The translations under genes were made by a program, and so were the position numbers. A model generated the notes under the pieces. That model was not told where the DNA came from. It did no database searches and worked only from the letters and a program-made list of their open reading frames with translations. From positions 1 through 64,000 of IMG/VR virus record IMGVR_UViG_3300017914_000750: a DNA stretch of 64,000 bases; one strand, given 5' to 3'. Each line of letters starts with the position of its first letter. Positions within the stretch are counted from its first letter, which is position 1. Shown here one piece after another: positions 1 through 8,349 of this stretch. The DNA is from a virus. Lineage: Duplodnaviria > Caudoviricetes.

Positions 1-743
1 CCTTTCTCTTCATTCTTATCTAATTCTTTAGTAACTTTCTTTTCAATCATTTTTAAGATATAAGATAATACTTCTAATCTAGGTGCAACATATTTACCTT
101 CTTTGATTTCTTCACCCATGACTAAACCTGATAATTGTTGAACCAAACTAGTTACTACTGGTGAAGGTAATGTTGCTAGCATTTCTAATTGTTTCTTTGT
201 AAGACCTTTGACTTTCTTTAATTGTTTTTTGATATTGACTGCTTCTTCAATTGACTCTGATTTACCTCTGACCTTTGCAGCCAAGTCTTTATCTGCACCA
301 CCCCATGTTCCTTTTGATTTAGTTACAAAAGAATTAACGCGTGCATGTCCCCATTGAACTGCTGTTGTTCCAGGCCTATGACCTGATTGCCATGCTTTTA
401 CACCTCTTTGGAATACTTGTTTTAGGATACCGAAAGGCATTCCTGTTTTGTCTGCTTTCTTTCTTAGAGATTTATCTGCAGCTGCTTCGTCAATAGTCTC
501 TCCGAACATTTTGTGATACTTTTTAGTGTGTTGTGAAGGTTTTGTATCTGCGTCTGCATCGCCTGGTGCTGGTTCTTTACTACCCTTTGCAAAATGAGCA
601 GCTCTTTTTTCTTTTGTTTTCTTAGACATCTTATCACCGTCTGCATCTGCAGCGTAATATTTCTTAGGTTGAGTTCCTTTCTTGTCCTCAACATCTTTAT
701 CTTGTTGTGTCCTTCTTAACTTTTCTCTTATATCTTCTAACAT
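1..743 (-). CDS. Hypothetical virion-associated protein with DUF5824-like domain (runs off the window start)
   Basis: Hand translation from ATG 743: MLEDIREKLRR...KKADKTGMPFGILKQVFQRGVKAWQSGHRPGTTAVQWGHARVNSF. Late promoter CATAAATA 5 nt upstream. Not in the ORF track because it is truncated. Confidence 0.75.
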   Translation of the reverse strand, partial: MLEDIREKLRRTQQDKDVEDKKGTQPKKYYAADADGDKMSKKTKEKRAAHFAKGSKEPAPGDADADTKPSQHTKKYHKMFGETIDEAAADKSLRKKADKTGMPFGILKQVFQRGVKAWQSGHRPGTTAVQWGHARVNSFVTKSKGTWGGADKDLAAKVRGKSESIEEAVNIKKQLKKVKGLTKKQLEMLATLPSPVVTSLVQQLSGLVMGEEIKEGKYVAPRLEVLSYILKMIEKKVTKELDKNEEK

Positions 744-751
744 AATACTAT

Positions 752-2032
752 TTATGACCTTTTTGCATCTAACTGAGACTGTTTCCATGAAAGTGCTTTC
801 TTATTACTTGGGAATGAACCAGTCCAACCTAATAGTTTTGAATAAAGTTTTTGTGCTTTTGATTCTAATGATTTCAAATCATCGTCATTTCTAACTTCAA
901 CAAAATCTCTACCAAATATACTCTTATAATCTTTTACATTTTTTTGTGCTTTTTCCCAATCACTCTTTACAATTTCGGGTGGAAGTTTTCTACTTCTCAT
1001 TGAATTTCTTTTTTGTGCATTGTCTAAATTTGTATTGACATAAACCATTTTATATTCATAACCTAGATTGTCTAACATTTTTTTATAGTTCTTAATCTTA
1101 CTTGACTTTGCAGAAGTTGTATCAAAGATTAATCCAAGTCTTCCAGCAAGATAGTTATCCATATTCTTACCAGTTATCTTCTTTGCTTTTGCACGGATTG
1201 GGTCAACCTGAGTAAAGTCTGCAGCTCTTAAATCTAATGATAAACCAGCTTTCTTTAAACCAATTTCAAATGCTTTATCAGTGTTTACCATTTTGAGTCC
1301 AAGTGCTTTTAGTGATAACTTATCTACAACTGTAGATTTACCACTTCCTGGCCCACCTGCTAGGAATACTGCTTTGAATACGCCTGGGTCATAAACACCC
1401 TCTGAAATTAAATCTTCTATCATGTAACTAGGTAAGGTTCCTTCATTGATACCCATACCCTTTCTGATATCTTTGTATAGTTTATCTGCAAGTTTTTTAC
1501 CCTTAGAAGGAACACCGTCTTTGAAGTTTTCAAAGTCTCCGTCCTCTGCATACTGTCTCATTTTACTTGCACTCATACCTGATACATCATCTGCATCAGG
1601 GTCTCTTTCTCCAGCTGATACAATATTGATATTCTTAAACTTGTAATATCCGTGTCTTGCTTTGACTCCGTTGTATTTGGTCAATAACATTTCGAACTCT
1701 TTTACTCGGTCTGAACCTACAACCATGTTTACATTTACATATTTCTTTTGGTGTAAGAAGTTTGCAATCTCAAATACAGTTCTGACATTTGCATCAACAA
1801 CGATTTTACCAAAGAACTTTCTAAGGTATTTTACTTTATCTTTGTGGTTTAGTGGGTTCTTTCTTTTGTCGTTTGAATGAGAAGAGAATAATAATACATC
1901 TGTTCCTCTACCAATTTGTAGAAGTTTCTTGACAAGTTTTTCATGTCCTGTAGTAGGTGGATTAAAACGACCAAAAGTGAATGTTGCACTCTTCTCTTTT
2001 TGTTCTGATACGAAATAATTAAATGTTTTCAT
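752..2032 (-). CDS. HIGH-family nucleotidyltransferase (cytidylyltransferase-like) fused to a P-loop kinase
   Basis: FGRFNPPTTGH and SASKMR motifs; C-terminal GGPGSGKS Walker A. Start MKTF overlaps the upstream stop (ATGA). Confidence 0.85.
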   Translation of the reverse strand: MKTFNYFVSEQKEKSATFTFGRFNPPTTGHEKLVKKLLQIGRGTDVLLFSSHSNDKRKNPLNHKDKVKYLRKFFGKIVVDANVRTVFEIANFLHQKKYVNVNMVVGSDRVKEFEMLLTKYNGVKARHGYYKFKNINIVSAGERDPDADDVSGMSASKMRQYAEDGDFENFKDGVPSKGKKLADKLYKDIRKGMGINEGTLPSYMIEDLISEGVYDPGVFKAVFLAGGPGSGKSTVVDKLSLKALGLKMVNTDKAFEIGLKKAGLSLDLRAADFTQVDPIRAKAKKITGKNMDNYLAGRLGLIFDTTSAKSSKIKNYKKMLDNLGYEYKMVYVNTNLDNAQKRNSMRSRKLPPEIVKSDWEKAQKNVKDYKSIFGRDFVEVRNDDDLKSLESKAQKLYSKLLGWTGSFPSNKKALSWKQSQLDAKRS

Positions 2033-3228
2033 TTGTCCCAATTCTTTTGTGCAGTAAAGTTGTTAAATGCAAACTCCATTCTATCTACGAGTTTGACTGC
2101 ACTTCCTGTTTTATCAATTGCAACATAACCTTCGGGGTTTACTACCTCAAAGCCATTTGCAGTTTTCTTAAATGTTCCTATACTCTTTACTCTATTTAGG
2201 ACGGTTATGACCATTTGTTTTGCAACGACCAAGTGTCCCATGAATGCAGTAAGATTCTCTATAAACTTTTTAAGACCTCTTAATTCACTGTATAATTGTT
2301 CACCAATCTCTGTCTTAATTTGTTTTGTTTTTTCCATTTTAACTTTACCAACTACTTTATCTCTCCAGTAGTTTTCAAAGTGTTTCATATATCCTTCATA
2401 GGTTGGTTTAAATTTACCACTCCTAATTAATGCATTACAATATGTTTTATAACTTGCACCAGCTCCTTTAGAACCGATTGCACTTTGTATTTCTTGAAAC
2501 TTTTGTAGGTCTTTTCTTTTGATACCATGAAATGCTTTACCAGTCTTAGATAACTCTTGAGTCAATGCAAGAGTTTCTTTTGCAGTCATAGAACCTTTAC
2601 CACTCACATCTTTATAACTTGCATCGTCTATCCATACATCTTTATTGTGTCCTAACTTCGATATATCTGCACCAAAACTTGCAGATAAATCCTCTATAGT
2701 AGAACCTGAATATGTGGTGTGAAATACAATTCCCATTTTAGAACCAGCAATATGCTTACCTAAATCTGATTCAGTATTTACTGCATATAGAATAGTATTT
2801 GGTTGAAATGTGACGAATGATTTACCGTCAATCTTTTGCATTTTCTTATCGTTGGTATACATTAAATCACCTTGCATGACTGTATTCCAAGATAGTTTAG
2901 ATAGGTATTTGAATGAGGTTAAAAACTTCTCTTGTAGTTGACCTGATAGGTCTGAGTTTTTGATTTCGTGTTCTGAAGTATAGAACTTAGGTTCTTTATT
3001 AAAAAGTGATTTCTTTGCAACAAAGAATTGACCAGTCTCGGGGTGTTTACCACAAAAGATTGCAGGAGCTCCGTCCCATTTTACAGTCATTTTGACACCT
3101 GAAGAAGCATTACCCTTCAACATGTCTCTCAGTCCTTGTAGAAAATTTATTGCACCACGACCACCATCAATACCTTGGTTGATAATTTCGTCTTCTAAAT
3201 GTTCTAAATGTAGATTCTTTGCACCCAT
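2029..3228 (-). CDS. DUF6267-like protein with ATP-dependent ligase-type motifs
   Basis: KNLHLEHLED N-terminus typical of marine T4-like phages; KWDG, QGDLMY, EGYV and VKLV resemble ligase motifs I, III, IV and V. Confidence 0.7.
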   Translation of the reverse strand: MGAKNLHLEHLEDEIINQGIDGGRGAINFLQGLRDMLKGNASSGVKMTVKWDGAPAIFCGKHPETGQFFVAKKSLFNKEPKFYTSEHEIKNSDLSGQLQEKFLTSFKYLSKLSWNTVMQGDLMYTNDKKMQKIDGKSFVTFQPNTILYAVNTESDLGKHIAGSKMGIVFHTTYSGSTIEDLSASFGADISKLGHNKDVWIDDASYKDVSGKGSMTAKETLALTQELSKTGKAFHGIKRKDLQKFQEIQSAIGSKGAGASYKTYCNALIRSGKFKPTYEGYMKHFENYWRDKVVGKVKMEKTKQIKTEIGEQLYSELRGLKKFIENLTAFMGHLVVAKQMVITVLNRVKSIGTFKKTANGFEVVNPEGYVAIDKTGSAVKLVDRMEFAFNNFTAQKNWDK

Positions 3229-3234
3229 AATAGT

Positions 3235-3263
3235 AGTATATCACAATGTTGTTGTGTCGTCTA
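3235..3263 (-). promoter_or_regulatory. Sigma70-type promoter, leaderless transcript
   Basis: TAGACG-17-TATACT with TGn extension; ATG follows 6 nt after the -10 box. Confidence 0.6.
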
Positions 3264-3284
3264 CTATTTATGGTTTTTTAGAGG

Positions 3285-3701
3285 TTATAAAGCTTTAACT
3301 TTGTTTTCCCACTCTTCTTCAGTTTCATTACCAGTAAAACCGTCTGAAATGAGTTGTTGAAGTCTTGCAATCTCAGTGTTGTTTGCAGAAATGATAGCTT
3401 TTTGAGAGTCAACATCAGTTGTTCCTTCTTGTCCAAGAAGGTCTGAACCATTGTCTGACCAATTTTTCCATGCATTGTAATTCTCAAGAGCTCCACCTGT
3501 TGCAGTATCGTCTACACTTGGATTATTACTTCTCCACTCTGCATGATATGCGTCTGCACCACCACCAGTCCAGTTAGACGCGTTTCCGTCATTACCGATT
3601 ACTGAATATGTTGCATTATTACCTTCAACCCAATCTACCATGTTCTGAAGTTTAGTATTTTGTGCTTGTAATTCTGTTACTTGGTCTGCTAAAAGAGGCA
3701 T
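3285..3701 (-). CDS. Hypothetical late protein
   Basis: 138 aa ORF, GGAG RBS, TATAAATA at 3731-3738. Confidence 0.75.
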   Translation of the reverse strand: MPLLADQVTELQAQNTKLQNMVDWVEGNNATYSVIGNDGNASNWTGGGADAYHAEWRSNNPSVDDTATGGALENYNAWKNWSDNGSDLLGQEGTTDVDSQKAIISANNTEIARLQQLISDGFTGNETEEEWENKVKAL

Positions 3702-3733
3702 ATAAATCTCCCGAATTTATGTTATACGGTTAT

Positions 3734-3910
3734 TTATATTTTCGAGAGAGGTGAGGAATGAAGTTTATCCTCTAAAGAATCAATTTTGAGTTGCACGATT
3801 TGTGCTTTTTTATTTTCACCTAGTTTTTTGAGCTGTCTCAATTCCTTCTTTAACTCTATTTTAAGAGTTATAGAATCAATAACTTCATTAGGTTTCAATG
3901 TTTTAGTCAT
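3734..3910 (-). CDS. Small basic hypothetical protein
   Basis: Start moved to MTKTLK; TATAAATA at 3922-3929. Confidence 0.6.
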   Translation of the reverse strand: MTKTLKPNEVIDSITLKIELKKELRQLKKLGENKKAQIVQLKIDSLEDKLHSSPLSKI

Positions 3911-3949
3911 AATAACAATATTATTTATATCACCTTCCAGTATATAATA

Positions 3950-3977
3950 TAAACCCCCTTTCGTCAAGGGGGTTTTT
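3950..3977. terminator. Intrinsic terminator after the tRNAs, overlapping a TTGACG-17-TATACT promoter (3939-3967)
   Basis: AAACCCCCTT/AAGGGGGTTT hairpin flanked by A/T tracts. Confidence 0.7.
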
Positions 3978-3980
3978 AAC

Positions 3981-4056
3981 TGGCGATTCCAAGGGGACTC
4001 GAACCCCTAATACCACCGTGACAGGGTGGCGTGTTAACCAATTACACCATGGAACC
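3981..4056 (-). tRNA. tRNA-Asp(GTC)
   Basis: Cloverleaf: acceptor GGTTCCA/TGGAATC, anticodon arm CCACC-CTGTCAC-GGTGG, TTCGA T-loop, encoded CCA. Confidence 0.95.
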
Positions 4057-4061
4057 GTAAT

Positions 4062-4136
4062 TGGCAGCCCGTAGGAGAATCGAACTCCTGTTGCATGGAT
4101 GAAAACCATGTGTCCTAACCACTAGACGAACGGGCC
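4062..4136 (-). tRNA. tRNA-Glu(TTC)
   Basis: Acceptor GGCCCGT/ACGGGCT, anticodon arm CATGG-TTTTCAT-CCATG, TTCGA T-loop, encoded CCA. Confidence 0.95.
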
Positions 4137-4139
4137 GTG

Positions 4140-4583
4140 TTAAAAGTCTCCTTCTGCAACTTGAACTACAGTGGTTCCTCTTGCTCTCCACATATCAACA
4201 ACTTTATTTCTGTCGTCAAATACAAGGTCAATTACACCACCAAATTTTTCAAACTTATCTGCAAGTTGTGATTTGAATACTTCATCAGGAGTATAGTCTC
4301 CGTTAGGTCTAAGGAAAACTCCTTTATGACCATCTCCAATCCACTTTTTGATTTGTAATTCAGTAATCTCTCTTTCTGACTCATTCCTCGCTGAAAAGAA
4401 TGCAACATCATCACCTTGAGCAATGAACCTTTTTGCAATGTCACAAACCCATTGAACAGGAGTATCAAACCTAGTTTCTGCTCTGAATGAATCCCAGTCG
4501 TTGTTTCCGTTTACAAAATGTCTTCTATGCTCTACATTTGCAATAGTTCCGTCAACATCAAAAATTACAGTTTTTTTGTTCAT
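4140..4583 (-). CDS. HAD-family phosphatase (PseT 3'-phosphatase-like domain)
   Basis: DVDGT motif I, FSAR, FDDR..VVDMWR...QVAEGDF. Confidence 0.85.
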   Translation of the reverse strand: MNKKTVIFDVDGTIANVEHRRHFVNGNNDWDSFRAETRFDTPVQWVCDIAKRFIAQGDDVAFFSARNESEREITELQIKKWIGDGHKGVFLRPNGDYTPDEVFKSQLADKFEKFGGVIDLVFDDRNKVVDMWRARGTTVVQVAEGDF

Positions 4584-4584
4584 T

Positions 4585-4821
4585 TTAGTGAAAAACCCTC
4601 CAGTTTTTACCACCGTCTACAGAGATATGAGTAATTGCCATTTTACCAATTGGATTCATAAATCCATGAGCTGGTAATTTAGAACACATTAAATCCCAAT
4701 CATTACCGTTACCACTAAGTGCAAGGTCATTCAATACAGACGGTATAGGTATATCAAGGACAGCACCGTCATTAATTACACCGTTATATATTGGGAAACC
4801 TTTAATTCTTACCTTTTTCAT
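4585..4821 (-). CDS. Hypothetical early protein
   Basis: Start MKKVRI lies 6 nt after the -10 box of a strong promoter. Confidence 0.65.
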   Translation of the reverse strand: MKKVRIKGFPIYNGVINDGAVLDIPIPSVLNDLALSGNGNDWDLMCSKLPAHGFMNPIGKMAITHISVDGGKNWRVFH

Positions 4822-4827
4822 ACTACT

Positions 4828-4860
4828 AGTATAACAAAAAGCTGGACTCGTTGTCAAGGC
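4828..4860 (-). promoter_or_regulatory. Early promoter, class GCCTTGAC...GCTTT
   Basis: GCC-TTGACA-18-TATACT with TGn; similar copies at 29024, 32137 and 32418. Confidence 0.8.
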
Positions 4861-6237
4861 TTATATTTTGAAATCTGAGTAATCTCTACCTCTATCTGCA
4901 ACTGGAACATCGTCACTAATATATTGTTCACCTTCAACCAATTCAGTCTGTGCTTCTTGTTCACAATCATATAGTTTCATACGACTTCTATCAATACCAA
5001 TCACAAATCTTTTGAAGATTGTAGGGTCATTGTATCGATTCTTCAGCTGTTTAACTACGAGTTGGTCTAGGTCTTCTAGTTCATCACTAGTAATCAATGC
5101 AAACATTAAGTCTGCAGTTGCAGGCAGACCAAAAGATTCTGAAGTATCTTCTAGTCCAATATCTGTAGAACCATATCCACTTCTTGTAGTCTGAGTTGCA
5201 GATACAAGTGGGACATCAAACTCAACTGCAAGACCACGAAGTTCTTCTGCAATACTCTTAACTAGTGTGTATGAGTTTGCACCTTGGCCTGGTCTTACTC
5301 TATGACTTGCACATATGTTTAGATAGTCAATGAATATGATATCGGGTGTGAAGTCTTTCTTGATATCCAGTTCTTGTAATAAGTGTCTGAAATGACCAAC
5401 ATGAGCAGCTGCAGTTGGATATTCTTTAATGATTAGTTTACCTTTAGTTTTGTTTTTGAGTTTATCAACTTTCTTATCAAACTGTTTCTTACTCAAATCG
5501 GGGATTTCTTTCATAGGAACATTCATAATGTTTGCGTCAATCCTCTCTGCAATTCTTTCTTCTGACATTTCAAGTGTAATGTATAATACATTCTTGTTCA
5601 TCATAAGACAACTTGCAGCTTGGTGACACATAAACAATGATTTACCAACACCCGTTCCAGCAAGAACAATGTTCAAAGTTTTGTTAGGTAATCCACCTTT
5701 TGTAATCTTGTTGAAGTATTCTAAATCAAAAGGAATCTTCTCTTCTTCTGTATGATAGAAATCAAATCTATCGTCTGAGTCTTCCAACTGGTCGTGTCCA
5801 ATTTGAGTATCAAAGGACACGGAAAGTGCATCTTTCAAAAGCTCTGGTATTTCACCTGTTGACCTTTGAGATTTCTTGTCGATAACCTCAATAGAATCCA
5901 TGACTGCAATGTAGATTGCTCTATCTTTACACCATGATTCTGTTTCGTCAACTAACCAATCTTGAGGTGTATTATCAACCTCAAATTTTCCAACGATATT
6001 TTTTGCGTCCTTGACGACATTCTCGTTTATACTTGTCGAATTGTCAAGGTTTATGAGAAGTGCTTCTTTCGTTGGTGGTTTTGTATACTTCTGAAAATAT
6101 GCATATACTTCTTCAAATATAGTCTTTTCAGTTGTATCAGTGAAATACTCTGGCTTCAGAAATGGGATACACTTCCGTGTAAACTCTTCATTCTGAATCA
6201 GATTCTTCAGTATTGTCTGTTCTAGTCGCGTTTCCAT
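4861..6237 (-). CDS. gp41: DnaB-like replicative helicase
   Basis: [29 protein letters not shown]. Confidence 0.97.
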   Translation of the reverse strand: METRLEQTILKNLIQNEEFTRKCIPFLKPEYFTDTTEKTIFEEVYAYFQKYTKPPTKEALLINLDNSTSINENVVKDAKNIVGKFEVDNTPQDWLVDETESWCKDRAIYIAVMDSIEVIDKKSQRSTGEIPELLKDALSVSFDTQIGHDQLEDSDDRFDFYHTEEEKIPFDLEYFNKITKGGLPNKTLNIVLAGTGVGKSLFMCHQAASCLMMNKNVLYITLEMSEERIAERIDANIMNVPMKEIPDLSKKQFDKKVDKLKNKTKGKLIIKEYPTAAAHVGHFRHLLQELDIKKDFTPDIIFIDYLNICASHRVRPGQGANSYTLVKSIAEELRGLAVEFDVPLVSATQTTRSGYGSTDIGLEDTSESFGLPATADLMFALITSDELEDLDQLVVKQLKNRYNDPTIFKRFVIGIDRSRMKLYDCEQEAQTELVEGEQYISDDVPVADRGRDYSDFKI

Positions 6238-7240
6238 ACTTAAAATAATCTTTTACTACCTCTTCGAGTCTTTCCATTACTTCATCAGTAAAGTATTTCT
6301 CGGGGTTATTGTTAATAGTTTTACCAAATTCTGTTTTACCGTTTGGTAATTCAATTCTTGTTGAGGACTTCTTGAAGATACCACTTGCAAGTGCAAGGTC
6401 AAGAAGACCATAGTATCTATCAAGTCCAGTATCATAGTGCAATCTTACATCTACGACTCTGTTCTCAACTGTAAGTCTTGATTTTGCATTCTTACAATGA
6501 ATGATATTACCTACAACTTCAGTCCCTTCTTTTTCTTTTTTCTTAGATAGATAAACAATGGAAGAAGCTGCATACTTCAATCCACTACCACCACCCATTT
6601 CTTTCTGAGGGAACATTGAACCAATCACATCATAAGTATGATTAGTTACAATCATAGGGACTCCTGCCCTACCAAGTTTTAGGGTCAACACTCTGAATGC
6701 ACCTTTAACAACTTGAGCTCGAGTCATGTCTCGGGTTTCTTTACCCTCTGCAGTGTCCTCAATCTCTTTTGTAGTTGATAACATTCCAAGAGAATCAAGA
6801 CACATTGCCATTGGTGGTCTCTTATCTTTTGGAGTTTCAAGATACTTATCAAGTATGCTGATTGCCTGTTTACGAAATTCTTGAACGGTTACCACAGGCA
6901 CGATAACAATTCTGTTTGAATCGATTCCTCTATCCTCAATCATTTGTCTACTGATTGCAGATTCAGATTCGAAATAGATTACTGCAGCTTCGGGATTATC
7001 GTCAAGGAATTGTTTACACATTCCAAGTGCAAAGTAGGTTTTACCTGTTGCTGATTCTCCTGCGATTGCAGTGATTTTGTTTTTAGGTAATCCACCATAT
7101 AGTGAACCACTCAATAATGCATTAAAGATATAACTTCCTGTATCAATGAAGGAATCTACATCTCCAGCACTCACACCTTCTGCAACGATATCTGCATATT
7201 CGTTACCTGATGCTTTTACTAAGTCTTTAATAAATGACAT
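6188..7240 (-). CDS. uvsX: RecA-like recombinase
   Basis: [21 protein letters not shown]. Confidence 0.97.
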   Translation of the reverse strand: MSFIKDLVKASGNEYADIVAEGVSAGDVDSFIDTGSYIFNALLSGSLYGGLPKNKITAIAGESATGKTYFALGMCKQFLDDNPEAAVIYFESESAISRQMIEDRGIDSNRIVIVPVVTVQEFRKQAISILDKYLETPKDKRPPMAMCLDSLGMLSTTKEIEDTAEGKETRDMTRAQVVKGAFRVLTLKLGRAGVPMIVTNHTYDVIGSMFPQKEMGGGSGLKYAASSIVYLSKKKEKEGTEVVGNIIHCKNAKSRLTVENRVVDVRLHYDTGLDRYYGLLDLALASGIFKKSSTRIELPNGKTEFGKTINNNPEKYFTDEVMERLEEVVKDYFKYGNATRTDNTEESDSE

Positions 7241-7269
7241 ATACACCTCTCATAATGTTTATACTATTC

Positions 7270-7307
7270 AGTATAATATATAGAGGGTTATTCGTCAATA
7301 GGGTTTT
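7270..7307 (-). promoter_or_regulatory. Sigma70-type promoter with upstream AAAACCC element
   Basis: AAAACCCTA-TTGACG-17-TATACT upstream of uvsX. Confidence 0.75.
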
Positions 7308-7467
7308 GATTTAATTTATGGCAAAGTTCTTTTATGGAATCGTCTGTTCTTACATGTTCTTCCATCATTTTTTTCACCATTGACATTTGAGCTTCTAAAT
7401 GGATTATAAATCCAAAGATTACTGCAATCATAAAGATATAAAACAAATCCATTATTGTTATTATCAT
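7288..7467 (-). CDS. Small membrane protein (59 aa)
   Basis: Hand translation MIITIMDLFYIFMIAVIFGFIIHLEAQM...; ATGA overlap with the upstream gene. Confidence 0.6.
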   Translation of the reverse strand: MIITIMDLFYIFMIAVIFGFIIHLEAQMSMVKKMMEEHVRTDDSIKELCHKLNQNPIDE

Positions 7468-7925
7468 GATACTTTGTCTATTTGCTCTTGGGTAACTGCA
7501 CCACTTTCCATAACTCTCTTTCTATTATCCAAGTGTTGTTGTTCTACTAAATCTTTATTTTCTCCAGTATACGGAACTGCATGTCCGTCTGCAATCATTT
7601 CTTGATTGATATCTACTTTTACTCCGAATACTGGGTGACCGTCAGCGTGGTGTGCATATAAGGTTCCTAAGATTCTCCCAAACTTTCCTTTGTCATGTGA
7701 TACTAGAGTTACAAATTCTGCAGATTCTAATAAACCTTTTAAATGTTTTTTAGAAGCTTTACCAAATAGTTTTTCTACTTTGTCTCTTGTTCGCGACTCT
7801 GGCGTATCGATTCCTACCATTCTAACTCTTTGTTTTTTGTAGACCATACCGAATCCTAAATCGATATCTACATCTACGGTGTCGCCGTCTACGACTTTTG
7901 ATATACTTACTTTATACTCATACAT
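7464..7925 (-). CDS. SNase/thermonuclease-family protein
   Basis: VVDGDTVD, RVRMVGIDTPE, KFGRILG. Confidence 0.9.
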   Translation of the reverse strand: MYEYKVSISKVVDGDTVDVDIDLGFGMVYKKQRVRMVGIDTPESRTRDKVEKLFGKASKKHLKGLLESAEFVTLVSHDKGKFGRILGTLYAHHADGHPVFGVKVDINQEMIADGHAVPYTGENKDLVEQQHLDNRKRVMESGAVTQEQIDKVS

Positions 7926-8340
7926 GTTGATTGTGTTTCCTATGTGCAGATTTCTTTTCCCAGTCTTCGATAGCTCTTCTAATCGAACCTTCTGCAAGAA
8001 CAGAACAATGTAATTTAATTGGAGGCAAATCTAGTATCGCTGCAATATCTTTATCTTTGATTAATTTTGCTTCTTCTATAGTTTTACCTTTTAACATTTC
8101 TACGAATGTTGTTGATGATGCAATTGCAGAACCACAACCATATGTTTTAAATTTTACATCTATGATTCTTTCGTCTAGGTCTAACTTCAATTGAAGTTTC
8201 ATAACATCGCCACATGCTGGAGCTCCTTCCATTCCTGTTGCAACCATAGGGTCGTTGGGGTCGAATCTTCCAACAGCATGTTTTTCGGGGTTATTTAGAA
8301 CTGACTCAAATCGTTCTACTACTTCTTTACTATATGCCAT
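7918..8340 (-). CDS. iscU: Fe-S cluster scaffold IscU
   Basis: GAPACGDVM, FKTYGCGSAIASS, LPPIKLHCS; all three Cys ligands present. Confidence 0.95.
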   Translation of the reverse strand: MAYSKEVVERFESVLNNPEKHAVGRFDPNDPMVATGMEGAPACGDVMKLQLKLDLDERIIDVKFKTYGCGSAIASSTTFVEMLKGKTIEEAKLIKDKDIAAILDLPPIKLHCSVLAEGSIRRAIEDWEKKSAHRKHNQHV

Positions 8341-8349
8341 TACTGTTAT

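Noticed and set aside
464-694. 76-aa minus-strand ORF
   Set aside because: Wrong frame inside the truncated gene 1-743.
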